From contig NC_043011.1 in assembly GCF_006345805.1 (NCBI RefSeq), forward strand, positions 26,734,464 to 26,798,463: 64,000 nt of DNA, in the 5' to 3' direction. Numbering within the stretch: the first letter of the stretch is position 1; every line of letters starts with the position of its first letter. Source of the stretch: Octopus sinensis. Its lineage: Eukaryota. Below the pieces are notes generated by a model. It did no database searches. It was not told the origin of the DNA and saw only the letters and a program-made list of their open reading frames with translations. Below, one piece after another: positions 26,560 to 41,500 of this stretch. The position numbers and the translations under genes were made by a program.

Positions 26560-29500
26560 TTGGCCAGAAGTCATCAGTATTGTTTAATACTCAGTGTGAA
26601 ACTGATGGTAACATTCTGGCCAGTCATATGCTGTATCCTATAATAATGATGATGATGATGGCTTCGGCGGCGAAATTATTGTATACAGTGCTCAGGTGCA
26701 CCACAACTTGTCAAAAGTGTGTATAAAGCATATGCATTAATGTACAAATGTCTGGGAAGTGAACAGTGTATGAGTCAGATACATGCTTGCGTGTGTATGG
26801 AGGGGAGAAAATCAGGTGTAGTGTTGGCAAATCTCAGGAAGCATGGAAGTTTTGAAGGATGCAGTGCTCCGACAACTAACAACTGATGCCGGCAGTTTGT
26901 TCCATGCTCCAACACCTCTTAGCGTGAAAAAATGTTTCTGAAAGTCATGGGAGCCGTGCTGTTTTCTGACTTTGTAAACATGTCCACGGGTGTTAGACAG
27001 GTGGAGTTTGAAAAGGTGCTCAGAGTTATCGTTAGTAAGATGGTTAATAATTTTATGGGTGTCTGCCAGTCATATTGCTTAATGATATAAATATGTATTA
27101 ATATTCCATTTTTACATGAAAGCATTAAAAAAATGTTTTTGTTGATATATAAATGAAGTAGAAAGTAAACTATTTTCTTAACTGAGCAGCTTGAAGAATT
27201 TCTAACTACATTTCCCAAGTTACTGCAGATTCCACCAACAGTGTAAAACTAAACAAACTTTGATTGTATTCAAAAATTAGAATGATGAAGAAGTTCATTT
27301 TTAAAAATCTAATTAATTTTAAGGTTTATTTATTTTTTTTTTCATTTTCTCTTAACTTATTTTAATTATTCACGGCCAATTGTTCAGTTGTTTTATTCTG
27401 TCTGTAATTGCAGCAAAAGAAATGGTTTACAAAGTCAAGTTGAAAGATGAATCACCATTATCGAATACTGGCTTAAAACGTTCACACTCATCCCCAGATA
27501 TTTCACAGCTTATTGAAAATGATGGGAAAAGTAAACCTAAACCTATTGTTGATCGATCCACTAAACCAAAGTAAGGGTCCTAATTTGTTTTGTTTTATTA
27601 TAAAGTTCTTGTTGCAATTTTAAATTTCTCTTCTGATTAACTCTCTCTCTCTCTCTCACATACACTGCAAAGATAATGTCCAATTGCAGCTTATCAGTTA
27701 AGTACACAGAGATCTCCATAAGAGGATAAATACCCTCTCCTCTGATTTTGTCATTTTCCACAGTGATGTAGAGTTCAATACCAAGACATGAGAATGTGAC
27801 AGAATAAAAATAAAATACTCTCTGATGGGTGAGGAGGCAATACACACTTTATAGGTGCAGGTGTGGCTGTGTGGCAGGAAATTTGCTTACCAACCATATG
27901 GCTCCAGGTTCAGTCACACTACATGGCACCTTGAGCAAGTGTCTTCTATTCTAGCTCCTGCCCAACGTTTGTGAGTGGATATAGTAGACAGGAACTGTGT
28001 GTGAGTATGTCTGTGGTTACATCTGCATTTGCTTGTACAAAAGTGTGACAGGTGATGTTGTTAGTGTCACCTGTCAAGAAATCATTCAAATATTTTACAA
28101 CTTTGGGGTCATGTGAAATAAGTGATCCCTTAATTGAAAAATAAGCTAGGGTTGCTGTCAGGTGAGGAGTCCAGCTATAAGACAGTGCCTCAAATAACAT
28201 ATTCATCCAACCCATGTAAGCATGGAAAAACAGATTTAAAATGGATAAAATACAAAATACACTTATAAGGCTCTCTTGTGTGCAGGGTCAATATTTCTGT
28301 TATTATTTTCATAATTGAATGATTAACAATCAGTGGAGCATTCAGCTGTGATGATATTTGCTGCAGCAATTTCCCTGCAAATATTAAATTTGAACAATTC
28401 CACCAATTTTATATTAATGATGTATGAATAATAGATGTATATGGGAATGTGAAATATCGTTATGTTAACAAATACCTTAGAGTGTGTATAGAGCAAGCCA
28501 AGATCTTGATCTGGTTGATGTTTAACTTGTTACTACTGATTAAGCAGACTTTAGATTGAGTCATTTCTACCATGATCATTCTATCTTTTGCTTTTTGCTT
28601 CTCAACCACATTTCGGGTTTGGTCCCACTGTGTGACACCTTGGGTAATAAGTATCTTCTACCAAAGCCTTGTGAGTGAATTTGGTAGGCAGAAACTCTGA
28701 CATGTGTATATATGTGTGTGTAAGAAAGCACTTGTACCTCCTTAGGTAGGGAGGAGGGGAATGCACTAAAGATCACATTATCTTATGTGTTTGTCTTTGT
28801 TAGATGGTAGACTATTATTTCAGGAAGATTTGGTTGTTAATCCTAGCAGGCTAAGCAAATGTATGATAGTTCATGAGTAAGGTACATCAAATTGTAGATC
28901 TGCTTAAAAAGCAAAAAATTGTTTTGCTTTGTGTGTGTGTGTGAGAGTGGTTCATTGTAGATTTTTTTTCTATAAAAAATTCATTTTTTTGTATATCCCT
29001 TTTTTTATTTTCTCTCTCTCTCTTATACCCTCATTTTTGTTTGATGTTGAATTTCGATCTGTTGGCTGCTCTAAGACATATTTCTCTATTTTATGCATTC
29101 AAGTTTTGGAGGAAACCGTGTAGCTCTTCACAGTAAACCGAACGCCAGTCAGGTGCGAGTCAGGAACTTGAATCCAGTGTTTGGCAATGTGGTAAGTGTT
29201 TTCTATCAATTTAAATTATGTTATCAAATCATACGCACGCACCTCCCTACACTCACACAGAAAATAGAATCAATGAGATTCAACTAAAAAAAGAATGAAA
29301 CTCTATATTATATCTTAAATAGGTTTCTAAGTACATTGCTACTGTACATAATTAATTACCCATATGCAGTTAGAATTCCTTCTGTTTTCCACAAGCAGAA
29401 TAATACCATATTAAAACCCTTTTAATACCAAGCTGATGTAGTTTATAGTGTAAACATGTGGTGTAAGCATTCAAACATCGTCATTCTTTTGCCAAATCCT

Positions 29501-32500
29501 GTTATAACATTAGAATGGAATAACCAATATATGAACAGATGTAAATTGTTTTAACAAGACTTATACTCGCCCTGATACCGTTGGTATCTACATATCAAAT
29601 TTGAACGCAATCGGATGGAGGATGCCCGAGATCCTAGAAGACACACAGACAGACAGACAGAACGGATTTTATATAATAGATAACTATGTGTCAATAAAGT
29701 GTTATAATGGTTGAAGTGATTGTGATGTTGGCTAAGTGCTTTGCACTGCATCTGAGTTGAAACACTAAACCCTTCCTACATTATTTACCTGACAATAGAG
29801 TTGTTGTTTATCTCCTAATCAACCCTGATCATGTAGTCCTATAATAAAAGATATTTCAGCTGCAATTGTCATCTCTTTTCACACACAATGCTTCTTGGAC
29901 TACATTATTCGATGCATCTTTCCTCTTTTTTTAAAAGAAAATAGAGTGTAATGTGAAATATATGTGGTTGCCATTTCTTGCAAGTCAGACAACCCTCATT
30001 AGATCACACAGCAAGTAGAGTAAATGAGGAGAGAGAGCGAGAGAGAGAGAGACAAGACTTGATAAAGAGATACTCAACAGTCTTTAAATCAGTAATCCTC
30101 TTACAAATAGATCAATAAGTCTAGTTACCTTGTTTAGATACTTTGAGACATTCATTTTGTTATTTCAATTTTAGGTTTTAATCTTGGAAAACAAATCAAA
30201 AGAGATTAATTGTTAATTTTTTTAAAAAATTGTTTTTATTTTTATTCTTTCAGTCTCATGGACTTACAGGTTTGAAGAATATTGGTAATACCTGCTACAT
30301 GAACTCAATAATACAGTGTTTAAGTAACACAAATGCTTTACTCAGATACTTTCTGCAAGACTCATACCTCGATCATGTAAATAGGTCAGCTTCTTTCTTT
30401 CACTATGCCAATGTTTTTTTTATAACTGTGTGACATTATGTATAGGACATAATAGCACCTCCCCTAAGCTTTTTATTCTCCCACTTCAGACTTTGCTTGA
30501 GATAGCTGTATAAAGTTGGTGTGGTTTTACTTTGTTAGCATTCTTCTGGGTTTGTAGTTGGAGAGAAAACATAAAAGAGCCAACAGGAATGTGGTTGTGG
30601 GAAGAAGAAGCAAACAGAGAAAGAGTCCATCTCATGTAGATATACGACCAGCATTGACAACAAACTGCTAACAGCATTCTGAAACTTCGTCCTGCAGTGG
30701 ATTGAAAATGGGTGAACGAAATGTGACAAACAGTTAACTTGATGGGAAGCAACTGAAATGAGTATAATTAAGTTGAGGTTGTAGAAAGTTAAAAAGAAAT
30801 TCAATAGAACAAAGACTGGTAAAAGTGGTTGGAGGAAAATGAAGGAAAAATTACTTATGTTGGGTCAATATTTGATCAGTTCAGTATAAACTAGGCCTGG
30901 TTGGTGAATAGAATGTTTTTTTTTGTATTTGGACTACACAGATGTGCATATTGTGTACACTGTTCCAAATGAATAATAGCTATTGTTGTTTAACCTCCGT
31001 GTCAATATTAATCACATAGACCTCATTAAAGACTCTATAGCCATCATTTTCCTGTCTTTTATTCAGGCATAAGGCATCTAGGTCTACATTTATTCAATTT
31101 GTTCTTTCATTTTTAGGTGAAAAGCAGCCACCTGGCAGAATCGTTGACATGCTAGACAAAATGCTTAGCAGCATTTCTTTTGCCTTTACACTCTGAGTTC
31201 AAATTCTGCCAAGGTCAACTTTGCCTTTGATTGTTTTTGGTTTGATGTAATAAAGTTTCAGTCTAGTACCAGGATCAATTTAATCAACTACCCTCTTCTG
31301 CTAAATTTCAAGCCTTGTGCCTATCTGTAGAAGAAAGGATTTTTCAAGAAGGCAAAGTGTGATCTCAGGGAGATTTCGCTGCTATCTCTAACAGGTCAAG
31401 CAATTACATACATGCTTTCTCTTTGTCTGTGAGAATCTTATTGTCTAGGGTGTATTTCTATTTTTATTCTGTTAGCAGCTGGTCAGAACTAAAGTATTTC
31501 ATGTCTTTAATAAGGAATGCCAACCTTTGTGATACAATTCTGTTCACCACAACATGCACTTAGAATTTGTTAGGACCTAGCGTTGATGGTTTACCAGCTT
31601 TGCTCTTAAGCAGAGTGCAGTAATGTTCATGAGATTAACAGAAATAATCACTGGCTTTGTTTTGACTTGTACAAGGATTAACTAACTAAAACTATAACTA
31701 ACTCTTATGTAAATACTAATCTATTCTAATTGTGGATTAATTAAATATATAGTTGTTGTTGATATTTGACCCTAAGTCATTCCTGTTGGAAAAGATCTAT
31801 GATAAAAGGGTATTCCAGATGTGAACACCTCATCATTTTCTGTATACCAGGGTCAACATTGTGCAATGTGTCTCTCTTTTTTTTCAAGATGGTAGGGTTT
31901 GATTTGAGGGATTCCTGGTTACTGTTTTTAGCAGGTTGGGCACCTGCATAGGAGCCATCTTGTTAGTTTGTTTTAATTAATATATTTGTCACAGGTAGTG
32001 GTTTTGGAGATAAAAATTACATGCTACTAATACAAAATTTAGGAGCTAAAGTTTTGTAATTAGCATTTTGTTGTGCTTACAGATAAAGCACACTACACTT
32101 CTTGCATTACTCAGCATTATAAACAATCCCTCTTTGTAGACTTTGAAAGAAAAATATATTTTATTCATGCAGTGTACTAAACACATTAACCAACTATCCT
32201 GGTGTGTGTGTATTGAGTTTAGATATTCAGATATTTTACAAATGTTATTCCAAAATAAGATTACCCTCGTTTAACTACCTGTGGAAATTTTCCACTAGTT
32301 TATGTGTTTGTGTGTGCATGTTTTTTCTTGTTAGTTTTTTGTCCATTTTCCCCCATGCTAGCATGAATTAAATATAGTTGTGTGCTGAAGAAATTTAGTT
32401 CTTAACCACGTCGTTTGGGATTCAGTTTCACTGTGTGGCACCTTGAGCAAATGTCTCCTAATATAATCCTAGGTACATGTGCACTTGTGTGTGTAAGGCT

Positions 32501-35500
32501 GTATCTCCTTTTGACACCACATGACAGTTGTAGATGATGGTTGCTGCTATATAATCAGTATCATCCATTTCTAATATCCTCTGTGTGTGTGTGTGTATAG
32601 GGGCCCTAGCCATCCAATTATAGGTTTTTATTAAACTTCAATGAGCCTAGTAACAAACTGGATGCTACTTCAGTATGTTTGCAAAGTTTCACAAAAATTC
32701 ATTAATGGATGTAGACAGCAACTTGACACAAACAGACAACTTGCTTTTATATATGTATAAGATAAGATTAGCTAAGATAAGATAAGATGCTTATATGCCC
32801 AGAGAGGAGGGGGGCTGTCAGTTCCAGCAGCCAAATCCATACACAAGGCTTTGGTTGTCCCAGGACTATTGTTGAAGATACTTGCTCAAGGTGCCATCCA
32901 GTGGAATATATTGCACTTCATTTCAGTTGATTTGATCTTAAATTGAAACAAAGTGTAGATGTAAATATTGTAAAAATAAATTTTCATTCCTAAAGATGAT
33001 GCTAATTGTCAAAAAAAATCATGATGCTATTAGCAACAACTCATCTTAGCTACTTACACATTTAATCCTTTAACATTCAGATTACTTTGTCAAGTGTAAT
33101 AATATTTATTTATTCACATTGTTTTCAGTGATGTGATTGTTTATCTTTTAGAATGGCATTGTGGGATAGGCACAAGAGGCTGGATCCAGTCAGTTTGAAT
33201 GTAAAACTGGTAGAATTTTTGGGGCTGGATATGGTCGGTTTAAATGCTAAAGAGTTAAGACTTGCTGGTCAGCTTGGGGCCATAGTAGAGGACTCTTTGC
33301 CAAGCTTCTCCCTAGTGCAATCAAACCCTAAGCCGTGAGGTTAAAAAATAAATTCCACTCCTATTTATTCATTATATGTATTCAACTTCCATTTATTTAT
33401 GAGCTTATTTTCTGTGTTACTCTAAATTATATATTTATATTTATCTTATTCCAAGTGATTTGAGCTTACTTTTTTGTTTTTTTTCTTCTTTTTTTCCTTC
33501 CAGAAATAGTGTATTAGGAGATTCTGGGGAAGTTGTTGATGAATTTGCTGTTATAGTGAAGGCACTTTGGAGTGGACAGTATAAGTGTATTACACCAAGA
33601 GATTTCAAGGTAATGTTGCTTTGAATTGTTAAGTCGTTCCTTTTGTGAGATGCTGGGGTGTGATTTGAGGGAAATGTAACTGCCGTCTCTAGCAGATCAA
33701 GCAGCCAAGTAAAAGGCTCCTGTGTTGGTTTGCATATGTCATAATTGTTGTCTAGCTCCAACTTAGCTCTCAACAAGCAGACATGATAATGGATACTTTG
33801 ATGTGACTATATTGTTTTAATTTTTTTTTCAGGCATTATGTACATAGGACGATATTATCAAGTGCATCTTTCCTGTTGTGAAAGAGTGATTTTGTGGCAT
33901 TTCAAACAGGATGAACGAGATGGAGACTGTGTCGTTGGGATGACTATTGTCATAGTTTTTAACTTCAGTGCTATTTTATGCAATAGATTCAGGTGGGGTC
34001 ATTCAAGCTATGTGAAGTTGACTGCCAACATTGTTTTTATCGCACATGTACAAAGAAAATTAACAGCTTGCTTATAGAAACTGGTAGAGGGCAACCAGTT
34101 AAGCCTCTTGATAAAATTCCACCTGAGACTGCCACTATGATATTAGCTTCATGTTTTACCCATTAGTGTTCGCATTATTCTGCCAAAATTAATCCTTTTT
34201 TATCCACATTGTTTTGAACTAATTATGCATTATCTTGTAGCTATGAGATTTTGATGAGGTAGCTGTTAATTTTTAAAGCGATAATGTAGGGTTGGTGTGA
34301 GAGACCAGATCTGGCCAGTTTGAACATAAAACAGGCAGAATATTTTTGGCCGAATATGGCCGGTTTAAATGTTAAAGGGTTAATTAACTCTTTTGATACC
34401 AATCTGCCAAAAGCCAGCCCTGGTTCAATGATATAAATTCTGTTTTAAATATATCTAAATTGAAACTGTCCACCAAAGTTTGGTATTTATGTTCCAAACA
34501 TCAACTTAATAACAACAAAGTTATTTTATTAAATTCTTCGTTATTTTCAAAATAAATTGAAACAAAGGCAGTGTATTTCAACAGAAATATGGTAACGAAA
34601 GGGTTAAAGTGATCTAAATGAAAACCTACCATCAAAATTTCATGTAAATTTATGTTCCAAATATGGGCTTAATAATGACATTGCTTTCCAACCACATGGT
34701 TCTGGGTTCAGTGCTATTGCGTGACACCTTGGGCAAGTAACTTCTACTATAGCCTCAGGCGAACGAAAGCCTTGTGAGTGGATGTAATAGATGGAAAATG
34801 GAAGAAGCCCATTGTATGCATATATGTATGTATGTGTTGTATGTTTGTCTTCAACCACCACCTTGCCAGCCAGTATTGGCATGTTTATGTCCTTGTAACT
34901 TAGTAGATTGGCAAAAGGAACCATTAGAATAAGTACCTGGCTTAAGAAAAAGATAAGTACTGGGATCGATTCATTTGACTAAAATTTCTTCAAGGCAGTG
35001 CCTTGGACTGAAAAAAGGTGGTGAGCTAGCAGAAATGTTAGCACACCAGACAAGATGCTTAGCGGTGTTTCGTCTGCCATTATGTTCTGAGTTCAAATTC
35101 CACCAGGGTCGACTTTGCCTTTCATCCTTTCGGGGTTGATTAAATAAGTACCAGTTACGCACTGGGGTCAATATAATCGACTTAATCCATGTGTCTGTCC
35201 TTGTTTGTCCTCTCTGTGTTTAGTGAGGGATGATGTCAGGAAGGGTATCCAGCTGTGGAAAATGTGCCTCAATAAATTCCCTCCGTTGCATGCAAGCATG
35301 GAAAGGTGAACATTAAAATGATGATGATGGTGATGATGATATTGAAGCTCTATGCTTGGAGATGAGGGGTCAACATATGAGAAAAGTGGTGGGAGAGAGC
35401 AGTTTCATTTTGTAGAGGAGCTAAATGTTACTCACATTTAATAGACATGGTGGCGGAGAAATGAGCAGTAGGAACTGTCAGCTGCCTGAACCAGTGGTAG

Positions 35501-38500
35501 TCCGGGCAGCTGACAGTGTGAACGGTAGGATTGTAGACCAGCTATTCTGGAATTCCTGAACAATGGCAATCAAGAGAGCAAGACTGGAATGGAGTGTAGG
35601 TAATAAAATGCAGTGGGATGGGGGAAATGCATGAAGGCTGTGGTGCGGAGGTGAGAGATGTAAGGAGAGGAAAGTGAGATGGGGAGGCAAGACACTGTAA
35701 GAAGATTGACTAACCTGAGTTGTTAGCTGGTTTAGGGTTTTTTGAATCTCTCAGAAAGTGTAATACACACTCATACACATATACATTTTTACTTGGTGTG
35801 TAAATATATAAGCTTGTGCACAAATATATGTGTACTATCTATTTTGCAGAATACTGTAGGGAAATATGCACCAATGTTTGCTGGTTTTGATCAGCATGAT
35901 TCCCAAGAGTTTCTCACGTTCTTGTTAGACCAGTTACATGAGGGCTTAAATTTGGTAAGTATCTCTCATTCAAATTTCATTTTTGCTTTCATGCTCTGAT
36001 GGCTGTGCAATGTCAGTGTGCATGTACAACAAAGTGTAAATGTTTTGAGAGAGAAATTGGGTATAAGAGGCATCAGATGTGGTGTGCAAGGGAGAAGACT
36101 GTGCTGGTGTGTTGATGTGATGTGTATGGATGAGGAGAGCTGCATATAGAAGTGCTGATCTCTGTGAATGAACCAGTGGAAGAGGTTGACTAGGAAGATG
36201 TGAGATGAAGTGGTGAAAAATGGCCTTTCAGATGTTTAGCCTAACAGAGATGACAAAAGACCGAGATGGTTGGCAGTTTACTGTGCTTGAGATGACCCAT
36301 CCATCTAAGTAAAAATGAAGCCCTCAAGGCCTGTTGTTTACATCTATGCCTCTGCACACACTGTCCTTGACAGATCTCTCTCCTACAACTCATCTTCCTA
36401 ACATCACCCCCCTCCCTTTACCTATCTTTACCACAGTCTGCTCTCTTTCCCCTCTATCTCCCACTCTCCTTTTATACTCTCATGAATTTACCTGTCCACT
36501 CACCTTGTCCCCTCCTTTGTACCATTTCACTTATATACGTCTGTCTCCATGTAATTTGATGGTACACCCTGATACATCTTCTTCACTATCTATCTTTCTC
36601 TTTCTCTCTCTCTCTCTCTCTCATATCCTCCTTCTTTTTCTGTCTAGAGTAGCCATGTATCTCCTCTACTGCAAGATACTTGTTTCTGTCCATCTATCAT
36701 ACTCTAACCTCTCATCAATAGCCCAAAGCCACTTCACTACTCCCCACTCAGTTGAGGGATCTTGTTTACCAGTTACTTGGTAACCCCACCAGTGCTGGTG
36801 CCATGCAAAGAGCACCCAATACACTCTGCAAAGTGGTTGGCATTAGAAAGGGCATCCAGACATAGAAACCATACCAAAGCAGACAGTAGAGCTTGATGCA
36901 CTTCTCAAGCTCACCACCACCTTTCAAACCTTCCAACCTATGTCAGCATAGAAAGCAGATGTGAAATGACGAAAATAATGATATTTGCATAGGGATAAAA
37001 TTTTCAGGTTAATTTATAAAAAAGAAAAATATTATGCACCCAGTAGACTCTATAAAGTGGTTGGCACTAGGAAAAGCATCCAACCATAGAGATCATGATT
37101 AAGTAAACATTTGAGCCTAGCATAGTCCTGTGGCTCATCAGACCCTGTCAAACTGTCCAATCCATACCAGCATCGAAGACAGATATTAAATGATGATATG
37201 ACAACATCGTTATGATGAGAACAAAAATGATGATGACAATGACAATGATGTCATCGTCATCACTGCTGCAATGTGTCCGGAAGTGAAATTTATGTGTGTG
37301 TTTGTGTGTCATTCTTTCTTTGTGTGTGTTTGTGTGTGTGTCATTCTTCCTTTGAATTATATTGAATTAATACAAACCTTTAAAAGTTTCTCACTTTTCA
37401 GTTTTATTTTCTTGTATCTATAACTTCCTATAAATATTTCTCTCTGTTTTCTGACATTTCATTCAGGTAACTAAACGTGAGCCGGTGCCAGAACAAGAGA
37501 ATGAAAACCTTCCAGAGGAAGTTGCAGCAGATCTTGCATGGGATTCATATAAAAAATTGAATAAATCCATTATAGTTAATTTATTTCAGGTATGCTAGCA
37601 GATATCTTAGTTGTAATATTTTCATATTTAAACTTGCTACTAAGGATGTTTAGCAGCCAATTCAATACTCACTTAGCAGGCCTATAATAAAGGCATAACA
37701 GCTGTGACCAAAATGTTTATGGAATTTCATTATTCAATGTGTCTTCCTTTTTGTAAGATAATTAGGTATGATTTGAGAGATTTGGCTGCTATTCCTAGAA
37801 AGTTGGGCAGTCACACATTGAGGCTCTCTTCTTGGCTTGTTTCTGCTAAGGTTTATCCAGCAAGTCGAGATATAAGGGCCCACTGAATATGGGGCTTCTT
37901 GATCCAGTGTCAACAATGAATCAGTCATTGAAATGTTCTCTGTAGTCCTCAAAGTTTTTCTAAAATATTTTTCAAAATCCAATGTATTTGTAGGCCATTG
38001 AAGAGTTGATGGCTTTTAAATAGTCTTTTGTGTGCCACAATTTAATTTTTGCTTGCTTAAACATTGCTAGTGATGAAAATGTGGGGTTACATGAAGCTAT
38101 TTTTATATGTAAGATATGATATAATAACATGTAGACATCATCATCATCATTTAATGTCTGTTTTCCATGCTGGCATGGGTTGGACAGTTGGACTGAAAAC
38201 TGGTAAGCCAGGGAGCTACACTAGGTTCCAATCTGGTTTGGCATGGTTTCTACTGCTGGATGTCCTTCCGAATGCCAAGAGTGTAGTGGGTGCTTTTTAT
38301 GTGCCACTGGCACGAGTGCCAGTCAAAAATACAAAAGTGAGCCTTTACAAAAAATGTTGCCGATCCCTGTTCTAGATTATTAGCCATAATCTCATTTCTT
38401 GTCATATGTTGTACTGTGTCTTTAGACAAGGCAGCCAACTTTATTTACATAAACAGATAAATTGTGACTGTTTCCAGATTGTAATATGTATAAAGAACCT

Positions 38501-41500
38501 CATTTATTGCATTTCATCCAGGTAATAACTTGTAATTGTTGATCTATAAAAGTATTTCATTTTTTGAAGTTTTAAGTTGTGACAATAGTTGCAAAAAAAA
38601 AAAAAAGAAAAAAAAAAGAAAAGTAGCCATCAATTATGAGGCTCATTGTTATCAAATTACATAACTTAAAATATGCTGCTACACTATTTTCCTTGTTGAA
38701 TTATTGTTTGTATGAACAAAAGTTTGAAAAATTGTTAATTTTGGCCCTCGGTAGTCTTTCATAAAGGAATAGTTAACCTTTTACAATGATATCCAGTTGT
38801 ATCATTCCATGCAAATGTGTGAATTTGAAAAGATGTCCAGTCAACATCAGCAATAAAGGAAATACTCATGAAGACATATGTATCTAGCATCTGCAGTTTC
38901 CTTGTTTAAATATACATGTGTGACAAACTGCTACTAGAAATGTACTATAAAACTCAAGAAGTGTACACTTTGATGCTTGCTGACTAATGAAAAAGATGAT
39001 CATTTTGAAAATTCTTCTAAATATGAATATGGTGAATGAATAGGCATCATATATTTCGCTTAAAATTTTAAGAAATATTTTTTCAGACATGACCCAACAA
39101 CGTTATGCAATTGTTAAGGAAAAAAAATTATTCATTTTAATTTCACAGTTGTTGAGAGAAACTAATAATAATTACTATCTGTAACTGTTTTAAGTATAAA
39201 CTTTGTTGTCAGTGAGTTATGGTGATGAAATGATGAAAAGAATTCTTCTTTAGCTGATATGATTATATAAATATTAAGGGCATTATTAGTTTAGGGGCAA
39301 AAGGGTTTTGTATTAACACAGGAAAATGATGAAAAGTAATGTTTTTTCCCAAGGAATTTTGTGTTAAGCAGTGGTCTGCTAGTTGAAAGGGTTAAACAAT
39401 GACTTGTTGTAAAGTGAAAACTCTGTTTATGTGGTAAATCTCTAAAAGCTTTAAATTTGTTACTTTTTAGGGCCAATTAAAATCTACTCTTTGCTGCCTT
39501 GCTTGTAAGAAAGTGTCAATTACATTTCAAACCTTCCAGTACCTCTCCTTACCAATTCCTACAACAACAAAATGTAAACTTCAGGTAAGATTCATAGAAA
39601 CATTTTGAAATTCTTAATGGTTCAGAGTATTTTTAAATTTTTTTCTTTCATTCTCTTCTCAAAGAATATTTTAGAATTGTGAATTTTGAATTGAATGATT
39701 GTAACAACTCAGCATTGGGTAACATTACTCAATACAGTGTGTAGCTTGGAAATCAGGGAGGCTCTCCGGGTTGATCCACTACTCCCCCACATTGAGAGGT
39801 GATAACTCTGATATTACAGCTGTGATTAAAATGTTGATGAAAAGGATCAGAAGACAAATTTTTCAAGCTGAGCCAACTGGCAGGAGACCGAGGAGTAGAC
39901 CAAGAATGAGATGGTTGAATATCCATAATATCAGTTGGTCATATTTGGGGACCCAGCAGGAATGTGTAATGGCTGTTGCTTCTAATAGGACCCTATAGAA
40001 GTCTCTATCCCACCACAACCCTCCCAGAAGGCAGAGAAAATGATGGATGGATGGTATTGTGGCCCAAGTCTACTTAGCTGTAAATGGGTACTTATCCAAA
40101 TTACACATCACTGCTATACCATTTGGGCTGGAAACCCTATAATTAATGGGTGTTTTGTGAACTTCAAAGGTGGGTTCAACTCCTGTATGGGCATAAATTT
40201 TAACAATTTCTCCACTAATGTAGCATGATGTTTGGTCAGATATTCTACAATTATGCTTGTTTCAATTCAGACTATTGAAAATGTGAACCACTTTTGATCA
40301 TCTCAAGAAACTGACATTATACAGAAGTAGATGAAAAGCAAGGGAGGAAAAGCAATTCTTCAATCACATTAGCATAATCAGGGGTTCAGTTTCTTGTATC
40401 AGGCAGTCAATCTTAATGGTTTCTCAACTTTTTTCAAATGTATAATAATATCTAATTTAGGTCCTGTATCAGCAGTTTTGGGCTAAGGGCTAGTCAGTTA
40501 CATCAACCTTAGTACATGAGTGGCACTTTATCTTAATGACCCCACCCCACCCCCAAAAGATGAATGGCAGAGTTGACCATGGTGGTATTTAAACTTAGAA
40601 CCTAATAGAACTAGAAAAATATCTCTATTTATTTGTCCTGTACTCTGATGATTCTGTTCTTTTCTTCAAGTATACAATGGTATTGATTTTGTAATGTATG
40701 TATACTGTAAATGTTAAACAAGTTTATTTGTATTTTGATTATTTTAATTATTTAAAAAAAACACCGGATTAAGAAGCCATGTATTCCGAGTTCAAATTCT
40801 GCTTGAGTTTACTTGGTTTTTCTTTTCTCTATAAAATAATCTTGTTATCATACTGGAGCTGTCTGAATCAATTTTGTTCCCTCTTCAGCAAATTAGTAGC
40901 AAAATATTTTCTTGTTCACCCCAGGATTGTTTGGAGTTGTTCTTAAAGGAAGAAGAAATGACTGGAGATTCTCGGTGGAATTGTCCTCAATGCAAAAGGC
41001 AGCGAGATACAGTGAAGAAAATGGATATTTGGAAATTACCTCCTGTTTTGCTTATTGGTTTAAGTCGGTATGAGAGACTAAGTTTTGATAATTTTTATAG
41101 TATAGAAAAGTACTTTAAGAATTCTTAGCTAGCTTTTTATTCTCTGTAAATGAAAAAAAACATTAGTTTTGAAACTTATAAATAATGATTAAGGCTACTT
41201 TTTAATATTATGTTTTCTTGTTTGCAAAATAAAGGCCAGGTCTTATTTTAACCTCTGAAAATCCTGATCAGAAAGTTTAATTGATAGCTACAGAATCCCT
41301 TAAAGAAATTATTGAAGTTTAATATCACCATCATCATTCAATATCTTTTTTCCATGTCAGCAAGGTTTAGATGGCTTGACTGCAGCTGGTAAGTTGGAGA
41401 GCTGCACCAGGCTTCAGATATCTGTTTTGGTTTTGTTTCTATGGCTGGATGCCCTTCCTAATACCAACCGCTTTATAAAGCATACTGGGTGTCTTTTACA

